A stretch of DNA of 61,337 nt from an uncultured virus (IMG/VR IMGVR_UViG_3300013119_000533). Lineage: Duplodnaviria; Heunggongvirae; Uroviricota; Caudoviricetes. Position numbers and translations under genes: made by a program. The notes under the pieces are model-generated. The model was not told the origin of the DNA and did no database searches. It was given only the letters and a program-made list of their open reading frames with translations. This document shows positions 16,965 through 27,448 of the stretch, piece by piece; within the stretch, counting starts at the first letter, position 1; each line of letters begins with the position of its first letter. The DNA lies in the IMG/VR virus record IMGVR_UViG_3300013119_000533, positions 62,001 to 123,337 of that record. One strand, given 5' to 3'.

Positions 16965-19900
16965 TGATCTTCACCCTCCTTGTCCTTGCAGATCCCTTCT
17001 GCTTCTTCTTCCCCTGGTGTTTCGCACTGTTTTCTTTCTTTAATATTACTTAGTGTCTCGCCAGTTATTTGTGGCGCGGAAAGTGCGAGAAGACCGAAAG
17101 GACCTAGTGGATATCCATACCTGGTGTTGGATCCCGTAGTCAACCCTGCTACGTGTTTCGAGACTTTAGCAATATCAGAAAAGCTAGGAGTAGGCAATGT
17201 AGATAACAAGATGTCTATTGGTAGAGAGTTAATAGGAACATATTGTTTTTTGCCGTTCTTCTTACCAAATCCTCGATCCAAGTCACCATCATAATTACCA
17301 TCAACAATGGGATGTCCGACTAACTCATTTGTCAGTCCAGACTTCATTTCACAAGGATCCTCCCTGTATTGTTTCCTCATATCTCTATAGGCGGGGTCTC
17401 CAAAGCGGCCGACGGTCCTGACGGTACGGGCATAAGATTGTTTCACAAGTTTCTCTAATATTTTATAAAACATTTTCCAAAAGTCGCCCATCGTAGCCCC
17501 AAAATCAAACGCTCTACTTTCATCAATATCAGTCTCTGGGAATATAACCTCTGGTTCATGCGCAGTTCCCGTTATGCCCATATACCCGAGGCAAGCCATC
17601 TTAGTTGCAGTTAAAAGACCGTCATCGGACCTGAATTCATCAAAAATTATACTGTTTTGCAGGGTATGTATTCCAACATACCTATCTAACGGAAACAATA
17701 TCTTCAAGGCAACGTTAGCAGGATGATTAACAGGCGCGTCATTGATGGGGCGTGATCCCATCGATGCATCCACTGGTCCGAGAGCAAGTAAGTTTGTTAC
17801 GATACTCTCCTCTTTTAGTGCATAAATGCGATCCCTAATCATCTCCCTTCTTGTCTGCAGTCCTATGAATCCTGTTTGGGATGGTGTCATCGGAAAGAAA
17901 ATCTCCTCTGACTCTTCAGCATACAGATCATCCAAACACCCAACATCCTCTATGTGCTCGTGAATTGGTATAGAATAAACAAGAGTATTCTTAACGTCAT
18001 CATCAAAAATATTTATAGGCATGTAACTGTTGGAAACCATAGCAGACCCCAAAGTCTGAAACGAAGATTGTACCGATGCCAGGTTATAGAAAGATGACCT
18101 ATAGTCTAAACTTGTTGGGCCCTCGGCAGTATTCAGCGGGTATTTATCAGCATATGCAAGAAAACATTTCTTCCTGTTAAAGAGAGATCCGTCGGACATA
18201 AGCCCAACAGTTCTACTATCGACTGAACTCATATCGACTTGTCTATCTACATGTGGGCGGAAATCTGCAAATATATCAGATGGTTTTGTTTCCATAACGT
18301 TGATGCCAGATACTTCGGAAGACCCCGCGCCAGCTGGTGTAGCAGGTCTCTCGTATTGACGATATGCCTTTTGGCCCATCATGAGGCGGCCGCCGATTTG
18401 AAGGTTGCTTTTTAGAAAATCATATAACTCTTGTTGCTTTGGCACGATAGTACTCGCGTAGAACTCGTTTATCGGAATATCCAAATTGAAAGTTTCGTCT
18501 TCTTGTACCCCTGATGGTGAATTCCATGTTACTGGTTTTCCAATAGCCAAAGCACCGCTGGCGGATTTGGGTGATGAAAACTGCCTTTCATCCAAAATAG
18601 GAGTGTAAGTCCTGCTGATGTAATAGTCCAGAACCGCTTTTTGCATGCGGCCGCCGCCATACCAAGGTGTTCCGCGAGTGCTGGGCGGGGACCCGTATCC
18701 GCTTGGATTGGAACCGATCCTCCAGTCATCAAGATTAACCTTCATCGAGTCGGCGTTGTCTTCTCGTAAAGAATAATACCATTTTCTCGCATAGTCTATC
18801 GACCTCTTTGCTGTAGCAACTTGCTCAAAAATTTCCTTTGCGTTGTCGTAGTACCCAGAACCGCGAGGCATTCTGGGGTCATCTCTCCAGTGCACTCTTG
18901 TTTTGATAGTGTTTTCTTCTGAAGTGTTTGTCGGCCAGTTGTGTATGATATCTATCATATTTGTCAAACATTCAACAATAAGTTCCGCCTTGCGTCGTCT
19001 GGGGATGTCTTTATATGCGTACCCTGGATTATCACTGTACCTTTCTTGCTCGAAAACAAACTCGCGCCCTAGCCACTTATAGGCACCTAACTTTGACCAT
19101 TGAGCATGAAACGTCTCGGCCCATGGTCTCGTGAGTGTGCCGACGCCAGGGAATGCCTTGGGAAGCGCTTCTGGACCCTCTATGTTATTGCTCCAAGTTC
19201 GGAGCATTTCGCGGTTTGCGTCAAACGCGCCGTCGTCTGCGTTGACGTCGTCAATAATAAACAACACTCTTTCTATAAGTTCTCCCTTGGATACTTGTCC
19301 AGACCTGTAGGCGTAGTCAAGTTCTGTCAATATTGCGTCTTCTGATAGTGGTTCTATTATTTCTGCTGCTTCTATAGTTCTCGGACTTGGATTGCCCCAA
19401 TTTATACCATAACCAGAAATGTTTGCCGTGAACCCGAACGGGGTTCCGCCGCTTTCCACATCGGGATGCCTAGTTATAACGTTCTCTGGTTTCTTGGCAG
19501 CGAACCCTATGTCAATCATCATCCTAATTGCTATGGACTTATAACAGCGGCCAGAGTGCCAAATCTGTCGGGCGGATGGGGAATCATATACATAATACGC
19601 AGGCAGAGTGGGGCGTCCAGCAAAAAAGTTACTTATTAGTTTTAGATAAAACTTCTGAACAAAATCATATTCAACTCTATTTCTCTCCAGATTTTCCTCA
19701 AGTGCCTGCATCCTCTCCACTCTAGTGTCAGTATCTTCGGCGCCAAAAAGTAGGTGCTCCATGTCAGTTGGGGAAACATATTCGGAATACAAACTTGTCT
19801 CGGGGTTGGTACCGATGTTGAGTATGTTCCGAAGCAAAGGATCCGAGTCTACTTCTAAGTACAATTCATTGTAAATCCTAAAAAACTCTGGAAAATTCTT

Positions 19901-22900
19901 TATTCTATAGAATTTCTCCATCCAGAAGTGTCCAGAGTTTATCTTTTTCTGAATCAACTCCTCTGAGTATCCCTCAAAGGCAAACCTATCATATATGTTT
20001 GGAATTATTGCGGCGACGGGCATACGCTTGTACCCATCAAGTAAATTGTTGGTATATTCTGTTGCCCACCTTAGATCATAAACATTCTGATCTGCGCGTT
20101 CTTGCAAAGTGATGCCTAGGGCGTCTTGTTCCATTGCATCGGCCTGCTGCGTGTAGGATATTTTTGCAAAAATATCCGAAGATTCTTCAGCCAGACGTCT
20201 CAGTTCACGGATGCGCGCATGGCGAGAGAGGTGGTCGAGGACCCAATCGGACGAGCGTATCCTCTCTACCTTATCCAAGTGTTGTCTTAACACCTCCAGG
20301 TCTTCTCGTCGGGCAGATGCATCCGTCGGATCTTCTTGGATAATTATTTTTGGATAATTGTCAATGCTAGGAACTTCTTTCGCATTTTCAGCAATCTCAT
20401 TCCTGACTTTTTCTGAAAAAGAAGCATATTTACCATCAAATACTTTTGTTACGAATTCTTCAATAGATTTCGTATCGATGTTTTTGAGTATTAATGACCT
20501 TAATGCTGCTTTTTCGTCATCCATTTTTGTTATTTTTTTGACTGTTTTTATGACTTTGTCTTTAATACTCGTAGAATTAACCTTCTTTTCGATGTCATTC
20601 ATGACATAATTTACAACATAATCAATCATAAACTGAGAGTCGAAGGCGCCTTTGGGTCCAAAGTTTGAAAACAAGAACATGCTCTTAAAAATAATCTCCA
20701 TACATGAAAACTTGACATACAACCCAAATAGACCAGCAGCAGAAGAGGTTTGAAGTGGACCTGGTTCAGTGAAGTCTCTAAATTGTGGGTCATTTTCTGG
20801 TTTTTCAGTTTCATTTTTATATGAGCTTAGAAAATCCTCAACTATCTTTTCAAAATCCAGCAGTTTCGGGTTCGGGACATAACACGGTTTCCCCTGTAGA
20901 GACCCCTCAACTATGAAATCTTTAGATATATCTTGCTGTAATTGATACATTTCATCAAATGAAAAGTATTTTGAATTCTTTACCAAGTCTGAAATGTGAA
21001 AATTAAAGGCATCTGAAAAACCTTCATAGATAGAAAACCCGTCCTGTCGAGTCGCTGCTGTTTGAGCAATTAAGTTTAACAAATAAACGATGCGCTCGGT
21101 TCCAGTTATGTCTCCGTCGCCGTCGGCGTCGAGTGTCAACCCACCACTTCCTTCAATAAATCCAGAAATATGATTTCTAATCGAATTTTCCTCATAAACA
21201 TCGAGATTTGTTTCCGATTTGTTATCCGAGACTTTCTTTAACCCTTCGATATACAAGTCTGCGAAACCACCAGGTCTCAACAATTTGTCAACATGCTTAT
21301 CTGATTGTATGTCGATGGACTGCTTTCTTGCCTCAATGTATTCCGCAGGCAGTTGCTCCTTGTAAACCTTATTAAAGTAAACGCTTTCAAAATTATCCGA
21401 TGCGTAATTGACAATATATGAAACCCTATAGCAGTCCTTCATCTGACTGGAGATAAATGGCATGTCGGAATATCCTGCTGATATCCTACTAGGCGTGTTA
21501 GATTTACTATCAACATTGTCTGGTTGGAATTCACTCGGTCTAGTCATAACTCTGACGTGCAATTCTCTATACGGAGATCCTGTAGTTGCAGTTGTTTTTC
21601 TCGTAACCGTAGTCACATCACTTGAGGAGATGTCTCTCATCTCAGGAAACACATGTGGATCTTCTTTTGAATACTTTATGACATACCCTGTAATCTTCTC
21701 TTCGATGAGATCAGCCAACTGCTCAGCCTTCTCAGGATCAGAGTCGCCCGTTGGGTTGAGTAGGATCGCTTCGGCATCCGTAGAATTGTCTTGAAAATAA
21801 AATTGCATATACTGCAGTTCTTCCCTGGGTATGCCGATAGATTCAAACCATAAAATGACCTTCAAGCGATCGAAAGGACTAATTGATCTGGCGGTCGCTA
21901 TTTTGCCTGCCTTTCTAGCAGGTAACTGATTTTCTAAATTTTGTACCTGTGTTGTGTAATATTTATAATACAGATAATCCTTGCTGTTAAATCCTGGCTC
22001 TCCAGGTGCGATTAGTGACTCGTTCATATCGACCATGGCGTCTGGGATTCCTGTTATTTCCAAACTAAATGCACTCTTCACATTACTTAACAAGGACTTA
22101 ACTGCCATCTTAGCAACTCTATCGTGATGAGGGTTACTATATGGTCCTGGCATGTCTTTCGCTTTTAGTTCTGATGGCAGGTTTCCTGGTAGTAGTGAGT
22201 CGAAATTACCATCTGATGCTATCTTTCTTAGCGCATCTCTTCTTTTTTGAGCACCCTTCATCTGTTGTGCAATTTCTTTACTTGAAATTCCAGCTTGCTC
22301 CAACCTTTTCCTCAACCCATCCATGCCCGACCTTTCTTCACAAAGAGCATCAGCGACGATGACTTCTTCTATTTCTCGCAATCGATCGCAAAGATAGGGG
22401 TCTACCACTTGTCCCAACACTCTAAAGAACTCACTTATTTCTGCAAGAGTTTTCATAACTGTCTTTAGTTGCGAATCTGAAGACTTTATAACATTCAACA
22501 CAACAGTCAAGACGCTTGGACTTGCCTGTCCTTGCAACAAATCACACAACTCAGATGGTCTAAGTACCAAACTTATAGAATCAAACAAAGAAGATATAGA
22601 ACTTTCCGACTCTCCAAACAAAACATCTTGCGGAATACCTAAATTACTTAAAACTTCTGAGGTTTTTTCTGCCAGATCTGCTTTTTGTTCAGCATTTGCA
22701 AACGGGTTTTCCTTATTCTTATCATTCAACTTAGACAATTGGGCGGCGCCGTACTGCAAAGCATCGACACAGTCTGGATATGAAATTGCTTCTAAGATGT
22801 TTTTTACCATTTCGCAAATGAAAGATATGATCATGTCAGATAATGCAATTTTCATTTGAGGCAAAACAAAGTGCAACGGGTTAAAAGTTGGCAACTTAGG

Positions 22901-25363
22901 CAAAGAAGGAATCTCAAATTTAAACTGTAAGTCAAACTCTATATCATCTAATCCTGGTACACACTTCTTGTAATCACAAAGAATCATTTGAGGATCCCAT
23001 TTCTGCAAAAACTCTCTCCACATATCTTCAAAGTTGCAAGCGATTTCACCAAATTTTGGATACACATCAGAAGTTTGAATAGTTTTTCCCTTTTGTTCAA
23101 AAAATGTTGATTCCAAAAGATTATCGAGACTTCTATTGGCAAGCCTCTTTTGCTCCAAGATGTGTGCTTCGATTGTTTTTATGCCGCGTCGGTCAAAATC
23201 TAGTCTAAGATTCACCCCCTTTGCCTTGCCTGGCCTAAATACAAAATTCGGCACTGGGTAGTGAAATCTACTAAAAAACAAAACAGCAGGTATCTTTTCA
23301 GCTTCATTACATGGGTTTGGTCTTAAGGATTTTATTATCTCTGGTGCACTGTCTTCGCCAGATGTCCTGGTTAATGAATACAGGTACGACACCGTTGCGG
23401 GATAAATAAACGGATCTTTTGTTGTAAAGTCAGTAACTCCTGTCGTTAACTCCTTCCTCTTGCCCTTAGCGTTGGTATTGTCAACGTGTATAACTTTGTA
23501 TATTCTATGCCCAACAACCATCTCCACATTTTGACTAAGTTTTGGAGTGCCTGGTGCTGTCATCTCTGGTTGGGCAGTGCCATCTACAGGTAACGGTATA
23601 TCTACCTTTTTCTTCACTTCATCAAAGTAGATCTCCAATTTATCTTTACTAGTAGGGCCAACCTTGAGAGTCCTTCCGTTAGCAGACAGGAACCCCTCCA
23701 GGGCGGCAATGAGATTCATCAACCTCTTGGATTCGACCACAGGATCTATTTGTGGAAAGATTGGTGGTGGTGGTGGCGGATTTTGAGCAAACTTATTATA
23801 AGGTCTTTTTGCCTTTGGGTTTGGTTTATTATCTTCTTCAAATTTCTTTATTTCTTTATCAAATGCTGCCAATTCTTCCGAAACTTTTTCTATGTGTCCG
23901 CGAATTTCCTGAATTGTGTAAATTCCAGGATTTACGAGAGAGTTTTCTCCCTTTCTGGCAGCGTTGGCGGATTCTACCTCTTCCTTGGTAGCCTCATCAC
24001 GCTTTGTTTGGCTTGCACCTTGTCCAGTGCGAGATTTGTTCCAGAGATTCTTTACGGAATCCTTTGCGGCCTTTTCGGCCTGCATCTTCTTGCCATCGGC
24101 CCACTTCTTTGCGCCAGACTTAAGGGAACTTCCTTGGCGTTTCCAAAAATCCCCAGTGAGTGGTTTTCCAAGATCATTATTTACAAAATCCTTTGCTGCT
24201 TTGAATCCCGCAGCGGCAGCTGCAACGTTGTTTGGGTCCAATACATTGACAGTTCCTCCCAAATCTGCGGCACCAGCACCCCCACGAATCTGATTAAACA
24301 TATCCTTTCTTATGCGAATGGACATAGAGTATGTTGAGTTGGGTCTTGCGCCTGGTTGCTCTAGGGAAACGATTGCTGCAAATACTGGACTTGCGCCATA
24401 ATCCAAACTTTGTCCAAACAAGACATCTACCTTTTCTCCATTCAATTGCTCATTTAAGGACATACTATCTATCGTAAAGGTAAATTTCATTCCACTAACA
24501 AAACCATTTGCGCTGGCGGTGCGGTCTAACCCCTCTTGCAGATTGTCCTCCCCTTCTGTGTTGATCTGTAAATCATATCCACCTACCCTACCTTGGTGTT
24601 GCAAGATTTCTTCAAAAAGTCGTCTCGGCAGATCTTCATCATCGATGGCGTCCTGCAGGGGTGATACGATTGGAACAAAACTTCGTTTGCCTGCATCTAT
24701 GGTCCAGGTTTTTTCTTTCCCGTAAAATTCAAAAGTTTCAGTAACTGCCTGTCTAAACATCTGCTGCTTAACTTCTGGATTTTCTTCAAGGTATTTATCA
24801 GCGTCCTTGTATCCTGCAGCTGAAATGGTTTGTCTTGTTATATCAGTCTGGAGTTTGTACAACACATAATTTCCTACAATCTTCGGTGCATCTTGTTCTG
24901 AAGATGGCGTATGGAAAGATTCTGATGGGTCGCCGCCAGAAGGCAATCCAGCCAGGTGATTCAAAAATGCTGGTGTAGATATGAGCGATTGCATAGCACG
25001 TCCGAGTCCAAGTTCATTCAATACCTGCCAAGTTGGTTCTCCGATTTGACCCCTTTCTGACATGAATCCGCCTGGCAAGTCAATGTTGATAATTGCATCC
25101 GTGCCTGTGTCCATGCCATATTTACCTATCTCAAATATTCTTGCTCTGTTGTCTTCCTGGAACTGTACCAGTGCGTTTTCAGTTACTGCATCAAACTCTG
25201 CGCTGGTGGTTTCAAGATCCCCCATTCCAAGGAAATATTTTACAACATGAACTGCAAGACCTCTTGCTCCCGCTTGCATAGGCAACTCAAAAGTGATTGC
25301 TGATTCGTGCTCTTTCCCGTTCTGATCTCTGTATGTGAATGGTTTCTTTCTAAATGTTGTCAT
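16961..25363 (-). CDS. 2800-aa virion-associated protein with an N-terminal peptidoglycan-binding-like (PG_binding_1) motif
   Basis: GARGLAVHVVKYFLG..FDAVTENALVQFQ..GQIGEPTWQVL near the N-terminus; between spike and gp25; remainder largely helical and unrecognised. Confidence 0.6.
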   Translation of the reverse strand: MTTFRKKPFTYRDQNGKEHESAITFELPMQAGARGLAVHVVKYFLGMGDLETTSAEFDAVTENALVQFQEDNRARIFEIGKYGMDTGTDAIINIDLPGGFMSERGQIGEPTWQVLNELGLGRAMQSLISTPAFLNHLAGLPSGGDPSESFHTPSSEQDAPKIVGNYVLYKLQTDITRQTISAAGYKDADKYLEENPEVKQQMFRQAVTETFEFYGKEKTWTIDAGKRSFVPIVSPLQDAIDDEDLPRRLFEEILQHQGRVGGYDLQINTEGEDNLQEGLDRTASANGFVSGMKFTFTIDSMSLNEQLNGEKVDVLFGQSLDYGASPVFAAIVSLEQPGARPNSTYSMSIRIRKDMFNQIRGGAGAADLGGTVNVLDPNNVAAAAAGFKAAKDFVNNDLGKPLTGDFWKRQGSSLKSGAKKWADGKKMQAEKAAKDSVKNLWNKSRTGQGASQTKRDEATKEEVESANAARKGENSLVNPGIYTIQEIRGHIEKVSEELAAFDKEIKKFEEDNKPNPKAKRPYNKFAQNPPPPPPIFPQIDPVVESKRLMNLIAALEGFLSANGRTLKVGPTSKDKLEIYFDEVKKKVDIPLPVDGTAQPEMTAPGTPKLSQNVEMVVGHRIYKVIHVDNTNAKGKRKELTTGVTDFTTKDPFIYPATVSYLYSLTRTSGEDSAPEIIKSLRPNPCNEAEKIPAVLFFSRFHYPVPNFVFRPGKAKGVNLRLDFDRRGIKTIEAHILEQKRLANRSLDNLLESTFFEQKGKTIQTSDVYPKFGEIACNFEDMWREFLQKWDPQMILCDYKKCVPGLDDIEFDLQFKFEIPSLPKLPTFNPLHFVLPQMKIALSDMIISFICEMVKNILEAISYPDCVDALQYGAAQLSKLNDKNKENPFANAEQKADLAEKTSEVLSNLGIPQDVLFGESESSISSLFDSISLVLRPSELCDLLQGQASPSVLTVVLNVIKSSDSQLKTVMKTLAEISEFFRVLGQVVDPYLCDRLREIEEVIVADALCEERSGMDGLRKRLEQAGISSKEIAQQMKGAQKRRDALRKIASDGNFDSLLPGNLPSELKAKDMPGPYSNPHHDRVAKMAVKSLLSNVKSAFSLEITGIPDAMVDMNESLIAPGEPGFNSKDYLYYKYYTTQVQNLENQLPARKAGKIATARSISPFDRLKVILWFESIGIPREELQYMQFYFQDNSTDAEAILLNPTGDSDPEKAEQLADLIEEKITGYVIKYSKEDPHVFPEMRDISSSDVTTVTRKTTATTGSPYRELHVRVMTRPSEFQPDNVDSKSNTPSRISAGYSDMPFISSQMKDCYRVSYIVNYASDNFESVYFNKVYKEQLPAEYIEARKQSIDIQSDKHVDKLLRPGGFADLYIEGLKKVSDNKSETNLDVYEENSIRNHISGFIEGSGGLTLDADGDGDITGTERIVYLLNLIAQTAATRQDGFSIYEGFSDAFNFHISDLVKNSKYFSFDEMYQLQQDISKDFIVEGSLQGKPCYVPNPKLLDFEKIVEDFLSSYKNETEKPENDPQFRDFTEPGPLQTSSAAGLFGLYVKFSCMEIIFKSMFLFSNFGPKGAFDSQFMIDYVVNYVMNDIEKKVNSTSIKDKVIKTVKKITKMDDEKAALRSLILKNIDTKSIEEFVTKVFDGKYASFSEKVRNEIAENAKEVPSIDNYPKIIIQEDPTDASARREDLEVLRQHLDKVERIRSSDWVLDHLSRHARIRELRRLAEESSDIFAKISYTQQADAMEQDALGITLQERADQNVYDLRWATEYTNNLLDGYKRMPVAAIIPNIYDRFAFEGYSEELIQKKINSGHFWMEKFYRIKNFPEFFRIYNELYLEVDSDPLLRNILNIGTNPETSLYSEYVSPTDMEHLLFGAEDTDTRVERMQALEENLERNRVEYDFVQKFYLKLISNFFAGRPTLPAYYVYDSPSARQIWHSGRCYKSIAIRMMIDIGFAAKKPENVITRHPDVESGGTPFGFTANISGYGINWGNPSPRTIEAAEIIEPLSEDAILTELDYAYRSGQVSKGELIERVLFIIDDVNADDGAFDANREMLRTWSNNIEGPEALPKAFPGVGTLTRPWAETFHAQWSKLGAYKWLGREFVFEQERYSDNPGYAYKDIPRRRKAELIVECLTNMIDIIHNWPTNTSEENTIKTRVHWRDDPRMPRGSGYYDNAKEIFEQVATAKRSIDYARKWYYSLREDNADSMKVNLDDWRIGSNPSGYGSPPSTRGTPWYGGGRMQKAVLDYYISRTYTPILDERQFSSPKSASGALAIGKPVTWNSPSGVQEDETFNLDIPINEFYASTIVPKQQELYDFLKSNLQIGGRLMMGQKAYRQYERPATPAGAGSSEVSGINVMETKPSDIFADFRPHVDRQVDMSSVDSRTVGLMSDGSLFNRKKCFLAYADKYPLNTAEGPTSLDYRSSFYNLASVQSSFQTLGSAMVSNSYMPINIFDDDVKNTLVYSIPIHEHIEDVGCLDDLYAEESEEIFFPMTPSQTGFIGLQTRREMIRDRIYALKEESIVTNLLALGPVDASMGSRPINDAPVNHPANVALKILFPLDRYVGIHTLQNSIIFDEFRSDDGLLTATKMACLGYMGITGTAHEPEVIFPETDIDESRAFDFGATMGDFWKMFYKILEKLVKQSYARTVRTVGRFGDPAYRDMRKQYREDPCEMKSGLTNELVGHPIVDGNYDGDLDRGFGKKNGKKQYVPINSLPIDILLSTLPTPSFSDIAKVSKHVAGLTTGSNTRYGYPLGPFGLLALSAPQITGETLSNIKERKQCETPGEEEAEGICKDKEGEDQ

Positions 25364-25364
25364 A

Positions 25365-27383
25365 TTAATTAACCTTATTATACTTACTCTTTATGGAAGC
25401 TTTTGAACCATCTTCTAAGTAAGTTTTTTCTATTACTTCAGGATTTTGCTGTAGCGAGAAAGCAGAGAAAGTATCCACAGACACTAATTTCATAACCTTT
25501 TCTAACATCTTGACCGTTAGTGCTGGTAGTTTAACCGATACTCCGGCTGTTGGTGTAACATGCTCATGATTTAGTATTGCACCATACACCTCAATCATAT
25601 CCTTCTTCAAAGAAGTAATGGCCCCCGCGATTTGTGCCTGGTTGTTTAACATCTCTTTTAGCAACAAAGTTAGATAGTCGCCTTTGATTAATGGTTGTAA
25701 CTCATTTGCCTTGTTTGCCGCTATCAAACAAATACCCAAAGGTTCATTTGCACCTGACCCTCCTTTTGAGTTTACTGATTCAGCGTTTTCAGTCACCAGT
25801 CGAATGCCAGATTTGCGAGATATTATTCTAATTCCATCTGCCTTCATCGCTATGCCAGAGATGGCCCTGGATGGTTTTGTCTTCGGCGGTAAGGATAGAG
25901 AGAAGTTCTCATCTAAATCAGTTTTTTGAGAAATATAAATTCTTGCAGCGTCCATTACCGTGAGTGTTTCACCATTCTCATAAGTAAATCTTTCGGATGT
26001 AAAGATTGGTCCAACATGTTGTTTTCTACCTTTCGAGTCGAAAGATATTGGTTTTGGTGACATTCTACCTACAACAATATCAATTGCACCTGCTTGAGTG
26101 TGTCCCTGTCCAGGCCCATACCCAGTACTAAGTCCGGCTGGTCGGTCTCTACCAAAAACTATCCAGGTATTATTTTTACCCGTAACGACTTTGTCCGATG
26201 AGCACTTATCAAAAAAAGGTACTGGTTCTGGAAGAGGTCTGTCCAATAGTCCTGTATTTGGACCGACACCTACATTTGGCGCAACATCTCTCGCTATACC
26301 ATCAGTCATAATGACAGGTTGAGACCCTGGTTTTACTTTTGTTGGTGCTGCTGGTCTTTTATCCTCTACAGATTCTGCCTTTGATTTGACTACAGATGTT
26401 GTGCCGTCTTGTCCTAATGTCGGATCTGCTTCAAAATGTTCATATCCGAGGTCCTCTGGTGTTTCCAGAGGTGCTACTGGAAGTCCAGAAACCGAACCTT
26501 CTCCAAATAAAAGATTTGCTTCTCTCATTTCTCGCATAAACCTTTCAACATCTGCATCATTTACGGGAGGTTTTGGCATACTGAGAGTCATGCCAGCAAT
26601 CTGATTCGACGCGCCTGGTGGTAAACTTGCCATACCAGGAAGATCAGATAAAGCGCCTGGTGGTGGTTTTAATGGATATTCTTCAAAACTATATGCGTCA
26701 TCAGCAGTCGGAGGTATTCTACTATAGAGTATATCATACAAAGAGGGGTGCTCGGTTTTAAACTTTACTATAAATTGATCTACTGAGGTATTTGCGAACT
26801 GATCTGCCTTCCAACCTTGATAATCTTCTTTAGATATCGTATAACTTGCATCAACCACACCAAGGCCGCTGACAACTTCAATATAAAGAGTGTCCTCTGT
26901 TCTGGTGAACAGGACAGTCTGCTCTGTCAAATCTTCGTCTAATGAAGAGGCTTCGTCTCTTTCAATATCTCTCTGGTTTGCTTCAAGTGGGTCGGCCTGT
27001 TCGGTTGGACCAATGGTATCCTCCGCTTCGTCTTCTGGTTCCATACCAGGAGGATCTGGGTTGGAGGGAGGAACTTGTCCTGTTCGTGCTGCCTCTCTTA
27101 TTTCAGACTCTCTTTGTATATCCCTTCTTGCTACTGAGGCATCAGTACCTCGAACTGAGTACTGAGATCCACCGATGGGCGTTACAATAAATTCGACACT
27201 TTCATTATTGATCCTGTGGCCAAACCATTCGATACCATTCTGCCTGTAGTACTCTTCTATCCTGTCTTCAAGTTCAAAAATTCCTGAACCATCGGGCTTG
27301 GCACTAAGGCGCAGACCTTCCTCTGTAAATTTTGGATTTCCGAGATAAATTGTTTTTAACTGTTCAAACGTCTTCTGTGCCAT
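25365..27383 (-). CDS. Baseplate central spike / hub protein (gp5/VgrG C-terminal-like) with a long acidic Pro-rich N-terminus
   Basis: Short-beta-strand C-terminal half (WIVFGRDR..AIDIVVGR..ARIYISQKTD..IAMKADGIRIISR..IRLVT..QPLIKGD) and NHEH HxH tip-like motif; baseplate context. Confidence 0.65.
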   Translation of the reverse strand: MAQKTFEQLKTIYLGNPKFTEEGLRLSAKPDGSGIFELEDRIEEYYRQNGIEWFGHRINNESVEFIVTPIGGSQYSVRGTDASVARRDIQRESEIREAARTGQVPPSNPDPPGMEPEDEAEDTIGPTEQADPLEANQRDIERDEASSLDEDLTEQTVLFTRTEDTLYIEVVSGLGVVDASYTISKEDYQGWKADQFANTSVDQFIVKFKTEHPSLYDILYSRIPPTADDAYSFEEYPLKPPPGALSDLPGMASLPPGASNQIAGMTLSMPKPPVNDADVERFMREMREANLLFGEGSVSGLPVAPLETPEDLGYEHFEADPTLGQDGTTSVVKSKAESVEDKRPAAPTKVKPGSQPVIMTDGIARDVAPNVGVGPNTGLLDRPLPEPVPFFDKCSSDKVVTGKNNTWIVFGRDRPAGLSTGYGPGQGHTQAGAIDIVVGRMSPKPISFDSKGRKQHVGPIFTSERFTYENGETLTVMDAARIYISQKTDLDENFSLSLPPKTKPSRAISGIAMKADGIRIISRKSGIRLVTENAESVNSKGGSGANEPLGICLIAANKANELQPLIKGDYLTLLLKEMLNNQAQIAGAITSLKKDMIEVYGAILNHEHVTPTAGVSVKLPALTVKMLEKVMKLVSVDTFSAFSLQQNPEVIEKTYLEDGSKASIKSKYNKVN

Positions 27384-27392
27384 AAACTTAAC

Positions 27393-27409
27393 CTTCTATA
27401 TTATAATTA
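27393..27409 (-). promoter_or_regulatory. 17-nt leader TAATTATAATATAGAAG, identical to the one upstream of phoH (55088-55104)
   Basis: Exact 17-nt match; both copies are followed by GGTTAAG just before the start codon. Confidence 0.5.
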
Positions 27410-27448
27410 ATCTCTTGTTGTTTTTTTGTATATCTTCAAATTGCTAGA

